Of a stretch of 64,000 bases of DNA, positions 53,589 through 62,608 are shown piece by piece (position 1 is the stretch's first letter; every line of letters begins with the position of its first letter). Under the pieces are notes generated by a model. The model did not search any database, was not told the origin of the DNA, and worked only from the letters and a program-made list of their open reading frames with translations. The position numbers and the translations under genes are program-made. This DNA comes from Bacteroidales bacterium (GTDB taxonomy: Bacteria; Bacteroidota; Bacteroidia; Bacteroidales; UBA7960). The stretch covers positions 594 through 64,593 of the forward strand of contig PWJC01000070.1 of NCBI GenBank assembly GCA_003560165.1. Direction: 5' to 3'.

Positions 53589-54287
53589 ATGAAGCGCAAC
53601 ATACTTATCCTGTCCCTTTTGCTGTTCGCTGGCAGTACCGCGATGGCGTTCGAGCCACCCCGAATGCACCCCACCGACCGTTTTATCCTTACCTTGTTTA
53701 CCGATCTGTGGCAGGAAGTCCCCCAGGACATCGACCTCAGGGCGATACAACGCGGAGTGGGACTGACCATGATGCAGGATATGCCGCTCGGGCGAAGCAA
53801 TTTCAGCATTGCCGCCGGACTGGGGTTTTCAGGGCATAATCTCTACAGCGATCATGTGTATGCCTACGATCCGGTCATGGATGGTTACCGTTTTCAGCCC
53901 ATTATCGAAGATTACGATAAAAACAAGATCAGCCTCAACTACCTCGGTGTGCCCGTTCAGTTCAGGTACCGTTCGCGCAACACACCCAGGACATTCAGGC
54001 TGTATGCCGGCATTCAGGCCGATTATCTGGTAAATGCCCATACCAAATTCCACGGGAGGGCCGGACCCGTGTTGCCCATTCAACAGCCCTGGCCTACCGG
54101 CAGGGACATCGAGATAAAGGAGCACAGCCTCGACAACCTGCTTAGCTACCGCATCGGCCTCAACGCGCTGGTGGGCTACGGCTCCCTGAACTTCCACTTT
54201 GGATATACCCTGACAAGGATCTTCGAAGACAACCCGGCCGAAAACATGTTTCCCGTTTCCCTGGGCTTTTCTTTTATTTTGTTTTAG
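53589..54287 (+). CDS. Outer-membrane beta-barrel protein (porin-family/PorT-like barrel)
   Basis: Signal peptide MKRNILILSLLLFAGSTAMA, alternating beta-strand pattern, terminal FSFILF. Confidence 0.55.
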   Translation: MKRNILILSLLLFAGSTAMAFEPPRMHPTDRFILTLFTDLWQEVPQDIDLRAIQRGVGLTMMQDMPLGRSNFSIAAGLGFSGHNLYSDHVYAYDPVMDGYRFQPIIEDYDKNKISLNYLGVPVQFRYRSRNTPRTFRLYAGIQADYLVNAHTKFHGRAGPVLPIQQPWPTGRDIEIKEHSLDNLLSYRIGLNALVGYGSLNFHFGYTLTRIFEDNPAENMFPVSLGFSFILF

Positions 54288-54300
54288 AAGGCCTTGCCGC

Positions 54301-54924
54301 CTATCCGCTCAGGCAGGCATAAAGCAGCAGCATCGCACCCAGTCCGAGCAGGTATCCGGCATAAACCTGGGCAGGGGTGTGCGCCCCCAGCAATAAGCGT
54401 GCACTGGCTGTAAGTCCCGATGCGAGTATGGCTGAAACCAGCAGCCATGACAGTTCGGTGCGCAAAAGCAGGGATACCACAATCAGAAAGCCTGTAAATC
54501 CCCCGAGGCCCATCATATGCAGGCTAATCTTCCAGAAAAAAGAAACCGTCAGTGCGATCAGCACCAGCAAGGTACCCCCCAACAGGTAAAAGTACACCAG
54601 GCTGGGCAATGATATCTGCCGCAACAGGTAATAGGTCAGAAAGAACATGAGGGAGGCAATCATCAGCGGAAAGATCCGTTCGCTCCGCTCAAGCAATGCA
54701 ACGTCTTTCACATGCCCGGTGCGCTGCAGGATAAAGACCGACAACACCGGGGCAATGGCCGTGTTCATGAAGATCATCAGCATGATGAACCGGCGTGCCT
54801 GGTCGCTTACCGAATAGGCCACGTAGGTGTTGAGTTGAAACAGCACGAAAACGCCCAGGGTTGGCATCAGCATGGGATGGAACAAGGTGGAAAACAACCT
54901 GGGCAGCGGACTCGGTATTTGCAT
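54301..54924 (-). CDS. PAP2-superfamily membrane phosphatase-like protein
   Basis: 6 TM segments. KISLHMMGLGG (SxH) and ARLLLGAHTPAQV (R...H) motifs. The internal ATG at 54924 lies one nt after the rpoN TAA, so the track start at 54975 is rejected. Confidence 0.55.
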   Translation of the reverse strand: MQIPSPLPRLFSTLFHPMLMPTLGVFVLFQLNTYVAYSVSDQARRFIMLMIFMNTAIAPVLSVFILQRTGHVKDVALLERSERIFPLMIASLMFFLTYYLLRQISLPSLVYFYLLGGTLLVLIALTVSFFWKISLHMMGLGGFTGFLIVVSLLLRTELSWLLVSAILASGLTASARLLLGAHTPAQVYAGYLLGLGAMLLLYACLSG

Positions 54925-54925
54925 A

Positions 54926-56425
54926 TTACAGCAACTCCTTTCGAAGCCTGGCAACGGGAATACCAAGCTGCTCACGGTACTTGGCCACCGTCCTCCGGGC
55001 TATGTTATACCCTTTTTCCTTCAGGATAACGGCAAGCTCGTCGTCGGTCAGGGGTTTCTTCTTGCTTTCAGCCTCGATGCATTCCTGGAGGATCTTCTTC
55101 ACCTCCCTGGTAGATACTTCTTCGCCGGTGTCTGTTTGCAGGGATTCGGAAAAGAATTCCTTGAGCAAAAAGGTACCGAAAGGGGTTTGCACGTATTTGC
55201 TGTTGGCCACCCGGGAGACAGTCGAAATATCCAATTGCACCATGTCGGCGATGTCTTTCAGTATCATGGGCCTGAGGTCGGTTTCATCGCCCGACATAAA
55301 ATAGTCTTTCTGGAATTTAAGGATGGCCTGCATGGTAACCATCAGGGTATTTTGTCGCTGGCGGATGGCATCGATGAACCACTTGGCGCTGTCGAGTTTT
55401 TGCTTTACGAACGAAAGGGTCTCACGCTGCCGCCTGTCGGTTTTGCCGCCCGACTCTGCAATGGCCTGGAACATCTCCGAATAGGTCCGGTTGATACGCA
55501 GTTCGGGGGCATTGTGTGAGTTCAATGACAGCTCCAGGTCACCGTCTTTGTGAGAGACAATAAAATCGGGAACCACGTATTGGGCCGATTTCCCCGACCC
55601 CTGAAGCGAATTGCCAGGTTTGGGGTTGAGTTTCAGGACCTCGTCGATGGCCTCTTTCAGCTCCCGGTCGGTAAGCCCGTGCTTTTTCCTGATCTTTTCA
55701 TAATGCTTGCGGGTAAAATCATTGAAGTTTTTTTCAAGTATGAGGCCGGCCAGCTCGATCGGGCGTGTCCTGGGCTTCTTTCGCCTGATCTGCAGCAAAA
55801 GGCATTCCTGAAGGTCTCTGGCTCCCACTCCCGGTGGGTCGAACTCCTGGACAAGGCGCAAAACGTCGAGCACCTCACCAAAGTCGGTCTGAATATTCTG
55901 GTTGAATGCCAGGTCGTCGATCAGCGAATGGATATCCCTTTGCAAATAACCGGAATCGTCTATGTTGCCAATGATATGCGAGGCGATCAGGTATTCCCTG
56001 TCGGACAGATCAAGCAGGCCCAGTTGTGTCAGCAGCACTTCCTGCGGACTGACTCCGGCAGCAAACGGGATCTCTTTCTGCTCCTCGTCGGCCGAAACAT
56101 TGCCGGCCGAAAGCCGGTAGTTGGGGATCTCATCGTCCTCTATGTAATCGCTGAGATCGAACTCATCCTCCGAGCTGTGTTCGGGCTCGTCGTCGGCCCC
56201 GGCCATTTCCTCGCCCCTGTCCATGGAGTCATCAAAATCCTCATCGTTTTGCAAATCCTGATCTTCCAGGCCCTCCTCCCCTTCTTCGAGTGCGGGATTT
56301 TCTTCAATTTCCTGTTTGATGCGCTGATCCAGCAACAAGGCGGGCACCTGCAGCAGTTTCATCAACTGAATCTGCTGGGGTGACAACTTTTGTAGAAGTT
56401 TCTGCTGTAGCCTTTGTTTAAGCAT
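54926..56425 (-). CDS. rpoN: RNA polymerase sigma-54 factor
   Basis: Gln/Leu-rich region I (MLKQRLQQKLLQKLSPQQIQLMKLLQ), acidic region II, HTH, and RpoN box ARRTVAKYRE. Confidence 0.9.
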   Translation of the reverse strand: MLKQRLQQKLLQKLSPQQIQLMKLLQVPALLLDQRIKQEIEENPALEEGEEGLEDQDLQNDEDFDDSMDRGEEMAGADDEPEHSSEDEFDLSDYIEDDEIPNYRLSAGNVSADEEQKEIPFAAGVSPQEVLLTQLGLLDLSDREYLIASHIIGNIDDSGYLQRDIHSLIDDLAFNQNIQTDFGEVLDVLRLVQEFDPPGVGARDLQECLLLQIRRKKPRTRPIELAGLILEKNFNDFTRKHYEKIRKKHGLTDRELKEAIDEVLKLNPKPGNSLQGSGKSAQYVVPDFIVSHKDGDLELSLNSHNAPELRINRTYSEMFQAIAESGGKTDRRQRETLSFVKQKLDSAKWFIDAIRQRQNTLMVTMQAILKFQKDYFMSGDETDLRPMILKDIADMVQLDISTVSRVANSKYVQTPFGTFLLKEFFSESLQTDTGEEVSTREVKKILQECIEAESKKKPLTDDELAVILKEKGYNIARRTVAKYREQLGIPVARLRKELL

Positions 56426-56533
56426 CTAACCAAATACGTGTTTATCGTTTGTTGCTGCCAGGCCACCATCAACACAGGACAGGCCTTATGGGCAGTCAAA
56501 TTTATGAAAAAACATTCAAAATACGGGTAGTGA

Positions 56534-57940
56534 TCAAAATTCGGCACTCAGGGGGGTGCGGGGGAAGGGAATCACATCGCGTATATTGCCCATGCCCGTG
56601 ACAAACAGCATTAACCTCTCGAACCCAAGTCCGAATCCGCTGTGTGGAGCGGTGCCAAACTTCCTCGTTTCCAGGTACCACCATACATCCTCTTCGTGGA
56701 TTCCCATTTCCCTGATGCGGCCAGACAATTTGCCGTAATCCTCTTCGCGCTGCGAGCCACCAATAATCTCCCCGATCTTCGGGAAAAGCACATCCATGGC
56801 GCGCACCGTCCGGCCATCTTCGTTCAGTTTCATGTAAAATGCCTTGATCTCCCGCGGATAATCAGTCAGGATCACAGGCTTTTTGAATTGTTCTTCCACC
56901 AGGTACCTCTCGTGCTCCGACTGCAGGTCAACACCCCATTTTACGGGAAACTCAAACTGATGCCCCGAGTTTTCCAGCAGTTCAATGGCGTCTGTATAGG
57001 TCAGCCGCTCAAACTGGTTATCGACAACCAGATTCAGGCGATCGAGCAGCCCAGGGTCATACATCTTTTCCAGAAATTCCAGATCGTCGGCACAATGCTC
57101 CAGCAGGTAAGCCACCAGGTATTTCAGGAAAGCCTCCGCCAGGTCCATGTTGTCGTGGATGTCATAAAAAGCCATCTCGGGTTCCACCATCCAGAACTCA
57201 GACAGATGCCTCGATGTGAATGATTTTTCGGCCCTGAAGGTAGGGCCAAATGTATAAATGGTTGACAATGCCAGGGCTCCCAGTTCGCCCTCCAGCTGAC
57301 CCGAAACGGTCAGGTTGGTTTCCTTGCCGAAAAAATCCTTGCTGTAGTCGACCTCTCCCTTCTCATTTTTGGGCACATCGTTCAGGTCCAAAGTGGTTAC
57401 CCGGAACATGGCACCGGCGCCTTCGGCGTCGGAGCCGGTGATGATGGGCGTATGCAGGTAAAAGAAGCCACTGTCGTTGAAAAACTGATGGATGGCAAAA
57501 GACAGGGCATGCCGTATCCTGAAAATGGCCCCGAAGGTATTGGTACGGGGCCGCAGATGGGCAATTTCCCGCAGGAACTCAAGGCTGTGGCCTTTTTTTT
57601 GCAAAGGATATTTTTCCGGATCGGCGGTTCCGTAAAGATGGATTTCGGTGGCCTGTATTTCAACAGATTGCCCCTTGCCCTCAGAGGCCACCAGTTTGCC
57701 ATTTACCGAAATACAGGCCCCCGTGGTGATCTTTCTGAGCAATTCGTCGTCCCTGAAGGCCTTTACATCCACCACGACCTGGATGCTGTGAATGACCGAA
57801 CCGTCATTCAGCGCGATAAAGGCCACGTTTTTGTTACCCCTTCGCGTACGCACCCAGCCTTTTACATTGATCTCCTTGTTCAGCAGGTGGCTGTTGTCTT
57901 TTTTCAGCAGGTCGTAAATCCTTTGCTTTATCAGTTGCAT
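56534..57940 (-). CDS. asnS: Asparagine--tRNA ligase
   Basis: OB-fold N-terminus, class II motifs ([30 protein letters not shown]), C-terminal FPRTP...EF. Confidence 0.9.
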   Translation of the reverse strand: MQLIKQRIYDLLKKDNSHLLNKEINVKGWVRTRRGNKNVAFIALNDGSVIHSIQVVVDVKAFRDDELLRKITTGACISVNGKLVASEGKGQSVEIQATEIHLYGTADPEKYPLQKKGHSLEFLREIAHLRPRTNTFGAIFRIRHALSFAIHQFFNDSGFFYLHTPIITGSDAEGAGAMFRVTTLDLNDVPKNEKGEVDYSKDFFGKETNLTVSGQLEGELGALALSTIYTFGPTFRAEKSFTSRHLSEFWMVEPEMAFYDIHDNMDLAEAFLKYLVAYLLEHCADDLEFLEKMYDPGLLDRLNLVVDNQFERLTYTDAIELLENSGHQFEFPVKWGVDLQSEHERYLVEEQFKKPVILTDYPREIKAFYMKLNEDGRTVRAMDVLFPKIGEIIGGSQREEDYGKLSGRIREMGIHEEDVWWYLETRKFGTAPHSGFGLGFERLMLFVTGMGNIRDVIPFPRTPLSAEF

Positions 57941-58085
57941 GACGCATCTATTAGTTCAAACTCACTGTGATTGATCAATGCCCTCAAAATAACTAATTGC
58001 AGCTCATTTCAGCCAGGACAGGTCATCAAACGCACTGGCATTCCGGGCTGTAAAAATACACACAATTTTGCAATCAGGCCTTCAT

Positions 58086-59207
58086 TCACAGGCATTTCTC
58101 CATACTCTCCCAGATCAGCTCTGCGGTCTTATCCCAGGAAAAGCGCTTTCTTTGCTTCCTGCCCTTCTCAACCAAAATCTTGCGGAGCTCCGGCTGGGTG
58201 GCCATGCGATCCATGGCATGGACAATCTGGTCAATAGAACCCGGATCGACCAGCAGGGCAGCCTCGCCGGCTACTTCGGGCATGCTGGTGACATTGGAGG
58301 TGATCACCGGGACATCGCACTGCATGGCCTCGACAATGGGCACCCCGAAGCCCTCGAAATGTGAAACCAGGAGCAGGGCCCTTGAGGAGGCCACAATGTC
58401 GCGCAGACGTTCATTGAACTGACGACCGGTAAATACCACATCGCTGCGGTAACGCATTGCCTGATATACCTTGCGCAGTGCCGAAGACCCGAACATGGGC
58501 TCGCCCACTATCACCAGCTTGTGCTGTTGCGCATCGTTTTGCCTGAAACGGTCGAAGGCTCTCAACATGTTGTCGATGTTCTTTCTTTTGTGCAATGCAC
58601 CGATGTAGACAAAATAGGGAGCGCCCGAAGTAAGGTTCTCACGGGTCAGCCTTGCGGTATCCTGATCTGCAGGCGCAAAGAGGTCATGCACCCCGTTGTA
58701 TACTACATCGATCCGTTGTGAGGGGTAACTGAAGGTGCGGGCAATGTCGGTTTTGGAATAGTCGGAAACGGTCATGATCCTCCTGGCCCTGGCGGCATAT
58801 TTCGGGAAATAGTGGGTGTAGTATTTCCGGGTCAGGAAGGGCAAAAACCGGGGATTGTGCATAAAGTTCAGGTCGTGGAAAACCGGCAGCTGAGTCCCTT
58901 TGTATCCTTCCGACAAAAATCCATCGGGCGAGACAAAAAGGTCGGGGTTCAGATTGCGCAGAAAGCGGGCAAGGGCCACTTCGAAAAAGAGATAAAACAA
59001 GGCAGGATGCCTGGCCGGGGGGAACAGCCTGACTGGATGAACATTGTCGGAAAACACAAATTCGCGGTCAAAGGGCCTGTCGAAAACAAAATAAAAACGA
59101 ATGCCGGGATGGGCCCTGACGATGCGTTTAAAGCCTTCGCAGGTAAACCACCCGATCCCTTCGAGTTTTCCGGGCAGCAACAGGCGGGTGTTTACAACAA
59201 CCTTCAA
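58086..59207 (-). CDS. Glycosyltransferase family 4 (GT-B, GT1 domain)
   Basis: E(x7)E region FEGFGVPIVEAM and an N-terminal KVVVNTRLL start typical of the family. The likely start is TTG at 59207. The track start at 59300 is also TTG and overlaps a TATTTTTG -7 box. Confidence 0.7.
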   Translation of the reverse strand: MKVVVNTRLLLPGKLEGIGWFTCEGFKRIVRAHPGIRFYFVFDRPFDREFVFSDNVHPVRLFPPARHPALFYLFFEVALARFLRNLNPDLFVSPDGFLSEGYKGTQLPVFHDLNFMHNPRFLPFLTRKYYTHYFPKYAARARRIMTVSDYSKTDIARTFSYPSQRIDVVYNGVHDLFAPADQDTARLTRENLTSGAPYFVYIGALHKRKNIDNMLRAFDRFRQNDAQQHKLVIVGEPMFGSSALRKVYQAMRYRSDVVFTGRQFNERLRDIVASSRALLLVSHFEGFGVPIVEAMQCDVPVITSNVTSMPEVAGEAALLVDPGSIDQIVHAMDRMATQPELRKILVEKGRKQRKRFSWDKTAELIWESMEKCL

Positions 59208-59297
59208 GACGTTTCCGATTAAGGGACAGACAAGCTGAAGAAGCCACCGGCAGCTGCCTCCTTTTCGGAAGCCAGGGACGGGGCTGTGAACAAAAGG

Positions 59298-59305
59298 CAA
59301 AAATA
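59298..59305 (-). promoter_or_regulatory. Candidate Bacteroidota -7 promoter box (TAnnTTTG)
   Basis: Minus-strand TATTTTTG, 91 nt upstream of the proposed TTG start at 59207 of the glycosyltransferase. Confidence 0.3.
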
Positions 59306-59319
59306 TGCTTTTATTTGTT

Positions 59320-59327
59320 TAATTTTG
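59320..59327 (+). promoter_or_regulatory. Candidate Bacteroidota -7 promoter box (TAnnTTTG)
   Basis: TAATTTTG, 44 nt upstream of the fbaA ATG at 59371. Confidence 0.35.
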
Positions 59328-59370
59328 AAACGGCCGGCAGATTAACAACGAACCTATAAAAAACAGCGAG

Positions 59371-60450
59371 ATGACGGCAAACAACTTGAGCCATATTGAA
59401 CCGGGCATTATCACCGGCGACAGCGTACAGGAATTGTTCCGCATTGCCAGGAAGGAGCAGTTTGCGCTCCCCGCAGTGAACGTGGTGGGCACCAACTCCA
59501 TCAATGCGGTGCTGGAGACGGCCAGGGATGTCGATTCCCCTGCCATCATACAATTTTCAAACGGCGGAGCCCATTTCTACGCCGGCAAGACCCTCCCCAA
59601 TGATGCACAACGCGCCGCGATTGCCGGAGCTGTTTCCGGCGCACTGCATGTCGACATGCTGGCCCGGGAATACGGGGTCAGGGTGATCATGCATACCGAC
59701 CATGCCGCCAGGAAGTTGCTGCCCTGGGTCGATGGCTTGCTGGAAGCCAGCGAACGGCATTACGAAAAATTGGGCAGGCCGCTTTTCAGTTCGCACATGC
59801 TCGATCTTTCGGAAGAAAGCCTGGAAGACAATATTGACATCAGCTGCCGCTACCTCGAAAGAATGAGCAAACTGGGAATGACTCTGGAGGTGGAGCTCGG
59901 GGTTACCGGGGGGGAGGAAGACGGGGTCGACAACACCGGCATCGACAGTTCGAGGCTGTATACCCAGCCCGAAGAGGTGGCCATGATGTATGAAGCCCTG
60001 ATGCAGATCTCTGACCGTTTTACCATTGCTGCCGCCTTTGGCAATGTCCATGGGGTATACAAGCCGGGCAGCGTAAAGCTCGAACCGGTCATCCTGAAAA
60101 ACTCCCAGCAGCATGTCATGCAGAAATTTGGCAAGGGCCCCAACCCGGTCAATTTTGTATTCCACGGAGGCAGCGGATCGAGCCAGGAACAGATCAGGGA
60201 AGCCATCTCCTACGGTGTGATCAAAATGAACATTGATACCGATACCCAGTGGGCCTTCTGGTCGGGCATCAGAGACTATCACACCGGGTTTGCCGGTTAT
60301 CTGCAGTCACAGATCGGTAATCCCGAAGGCAACGACAAGCCCAATAAAAAGTACTATGATCCGCGCAAATGGCTCAGAAAAGGGGAAGAAAGCATGCGCG
60401 ACCGCCTCAAGGCAGCCTACGCCGACCTGAATGCAAGGGACAGGAATTAG
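59371..60450 (+). CDS. fbaA: Class II fructose-bisphosphate aldolase
   Basis: PAVNVVGTNSINAVLE, HTDHA, FGNVHGVYKPG, FVFHGGSGS. Confidence 0.9.
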   Translation: MTANNLSHIEPGIITGDSVQELFRIARKEQFALPAVNVVGTNSINAVLETARDVDSPAIIQFSNGGAHFYAGKTLPNDAQRAAIAGAVSGALHVDMLAREYGVRVIMHTDHAARKLLPWVDGLLEASERHYEKLGRPLFSSHMLDLSEESLEDNIDISCRYLERMSKLGMTLEVELGVTGGEEDGVDNTGIDSSRLYTQPEEVAMMYEALMQISDRFTIAAAFGNVHGVYKPGSVKLEPVILKNSQQHVMQKFGKGPNPVNFVFHGGSGSSQEQIREAISYGVIKMNIDTDTQWAFWSGIRDYHTGFAGYLQSQIGNPEGNDKPNKKYYDPRKWLRKGEESMRDRLKAAYADLNARDRN

Positions 60451-60956
60451 TCGGGCTCGGGGAAGTTGATCGTATCGACCACAATGTAGGCCCCCGGGTA
60501 ATCATTCCGTATTTCCTCAAGGTACCTCCTGGCATCGAGCCTGGTGCGAAAGTCGCCCACCCTCAGCTTGAAGTAAGGTTCTTCGTACACCACATAAGCC
60601 TTGGCACCGGGATGGACGTTTTCGAATTCGGCCCGTTTCCGCTGGGTATTCAGCCTGGCCAGGTTGCCCGAATCCATATACAGGTGCACCCTGAAGCCGG
60701 GTATGCCCGGGGCCCGGCCGGCCGCTTCCCTGTGCGCCTTAAGCAGGGCGGCGATCTCCTCATCCTGCCTTACATGGTCCCATGGCAGGCCCATGTATGC
60801 AGACAGGGTGCCGGAAGACTGGCTGTCCTGCCGCAGGCTGTCGGGCAAATACCACAAACGCCCGTCATCGCTGCCTCCGGCCGGCTGCAGGGAGAGGGCC
60901 CATAACAGAAAGAAAAGGCCCGAAAGTGTCACTATCCGAAAAACCATTTGTTGCAT
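60447..60956 (-). CDS. SPOR domain-containing protein
   Basis: Signal/anchor N-terminus and C-terminal SPOR-like GFRVHLY...YFKLRVGDFRTRLDARRYLEEI. Confidence 0.65.
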   Translation of the reverse strand: MQQMVFRIVTLSGLFFLLWALSLQPAGGSDDGRLWYLPDSLRQDSQSSGTLSAYMGLPWDHVRQDEEIAALLKAHREAAGRAPGIPGFRVHLYMDSGNLARLNTQRKRAEFENVHPGAKAYVVYEEPYFKLRVGDFRTRLDARRYLEEIRNDYPGAYIVVDTINFPEPD

Positions 60957-61009
60957 TCTGCAAAGTTACCAAAAATCATCCGATATCAGGATCGTGAAAT
61001 CTTCCGGCC

Positions 61010-62485
61010 CTAATAGGCCCTGGCAAACACCACCCGCCCTGCCGAAGGCTTGCCGGAGTATACGCAACGCCCCGGTTCTTCCTTTCGCCGGAAGGGAATC
61101 AGGCGTATGGTGGCCCTGGTTTCCTCCTTGATCTTCTGTTCGGTTTCGGCAGTACCGTCCCAGTGGGCCATGATGAACCCCCCGCCTGCGTCCAGTATCT
61201 GCTTGAATTCTTCCCAGTTATCGACCTCCCTGGTGTTGTTTTCACGAAATGAAAGTGCCCGTTTATAAAGGGTTTCCTGGATAGATGCCAGCCATGCCTC
61301 CACCACCTGGCCCAGCTGTCCGGCGGGGATCACCTCCTTGGCCAGGGTATCGCGCCGCGCCAGTTCTAGCGTGTCATTATCCACATCGCGGGGGCCGATG
61401 GCTACCCGTATGGGGACCCCCTTGAACTCGTATTCATTGAACTTCCATCCCGGCTTATAGGTATCCCTGTCATCAAGTTTAACCAGTACCCCCATGCGTT
61501 GCAGAGCATCCCTGATCTCCCGGGCTTTTGCGCAAACCTTCTGGTACTCCTCCCCATTCTTGTAGATGGGGACGATCACCACCTGAATGGGAGCCAGCCT
61601 GGGCGGCAACACCAGGCCACGGTCGTCCGAATGGGCCATGATCAGGGCGCCTACCAGCCGGGTCGACACACCCCATGAAGTTGCCCAGACATATTCCAGC
61701 CGGCCTTCGCGGCTGGTAAACTTTACATCAAAAGCCCTGGCAAAATTCTGCCCCAGAAAGTGCGAAGTGCCGGCCTGCAGGGCTTTTCCATCCTGCATAA
61801 GGGCCTCTATGCAGAATGTTTCTTCTGCCCCGGCAAACCGTTCATTTTCCGATTTGACTCCTTTCAAAACGGGAATGGCCATGTGGTTTTCGGCAAAATC
61901 GGCATAGACATCGAGCATGCGGTAGGTTTCTTCCATGGCTTCCTCGCGGGTGGCATGGGCGGTATGTCCTTCCTGCCATAAAAACTCGGCCGTACGCAAA
62001 AACATCCGGGTACGCATTTCCCATCTCACCACATTGGCCCACTGGTTTACCAGGATGGGCAGGTCGCGGTACGACTGTATCCAGTTGCGGTAGGTGTCCC
62101 AAATGATGGTCTCTGAAGTCGGACGGATGATCAACTCTTCTTCCAGCTTTGCGTCCGGGTCGACAATGATGCCGGAGCCGTCCGGATCGTTTTTCAGGCG
62201 GTAATGGGTCACTACTGCGCACTCTTTGGCAAAACCCTCCACATGTGCGGCTTCCCTGCTGAAAAACGATTTGGGTATGAAAATGGGGAAATAGGCATTG
62301 GAATGCCCGGTGTCTTTGAACATTTTGTCCAGGCCTGCCTGCATCTTTTCCCAGATAGCATAGCCATATGGCTTGATCACCATGCAGCCCCTCACGGCCG
62401 AGTTTTCGGCCAGTCCGGCCTTCTGAACAATGTCGTTATACCACTTTGAATAGTTCTCTTCGCGGGTTGAAAAACCTTTGGCCAT
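61010..62485 (-). CDS. proS: Proline--tRNA ligase (archaeal/eukaryotic-like type)
   Basis: [25 protein letters not shown] start, class II motifs, C-terminal Zn-binding-type domain ending in Y. Confidence 0.9.
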   Translation of the reverse strand: MAKGFSTREENYSKWYNDIVQKAGLAENSAVRGCMVIKPYGYAIWEKMQAGLDKMFKDTGHSNAYFPIFIPKSFFSREAAHVEGFAKECAVVTHYRLKNDPDGSGIIVDPDAKLEEELIIRPTSETIIWDTYRNWIQSYRDLPILVNQWANVVRWEMRTRMFLRTAEFLWQEGHTAHATREEAMEETYRMLDVYADFAENHMAIPVLKGVKSENERFAGAEETFCIEALMQDGKALQAGTSHFLGQNFARAFDVKFTSREGRLEYVWATSWGVSTRLVGALIMAHSDDRGLVLPPRLAPIQVVIVPIYKNGEEYQKVCAKAREIRDALQRMGVLVKLDDRDTYKPGWKFNEYEFKGVPIRVAIGPRDVDNDTLELARRDTLAKEVIPAGQLGQVVEAWLASIQETLYKRALSFRENNTREVDNWEEFKQILDAGGGFIMAHWDGTAETEQKIKEETRATIRLIPFRRKEEPGRCVYSGKPSAGRVVFARAY

Positions 62486-62574
62486 ATAGCTTTTTTGGTA
62501 TAATATTTGTGTGTTATGTACTGAATGAACCCGGCAAATTTAACAAAAAACTGGCATTGTTCGCCTGAAATTGT

Positions 62575-62582
62575 TAACTTTG
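62575..62582 (+). promoter_or_regulatory. Candidate Bacteroidota -7 promoter box (TAnnTTTG)
   Basis: TAACTTTG, 27 nt upstream of the lipoprotein ATG at 62609. Confidence 0.35.
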
Positions 62583-62608
62583 TCTACACACAACAAAGGA
62601 GGATTGTC

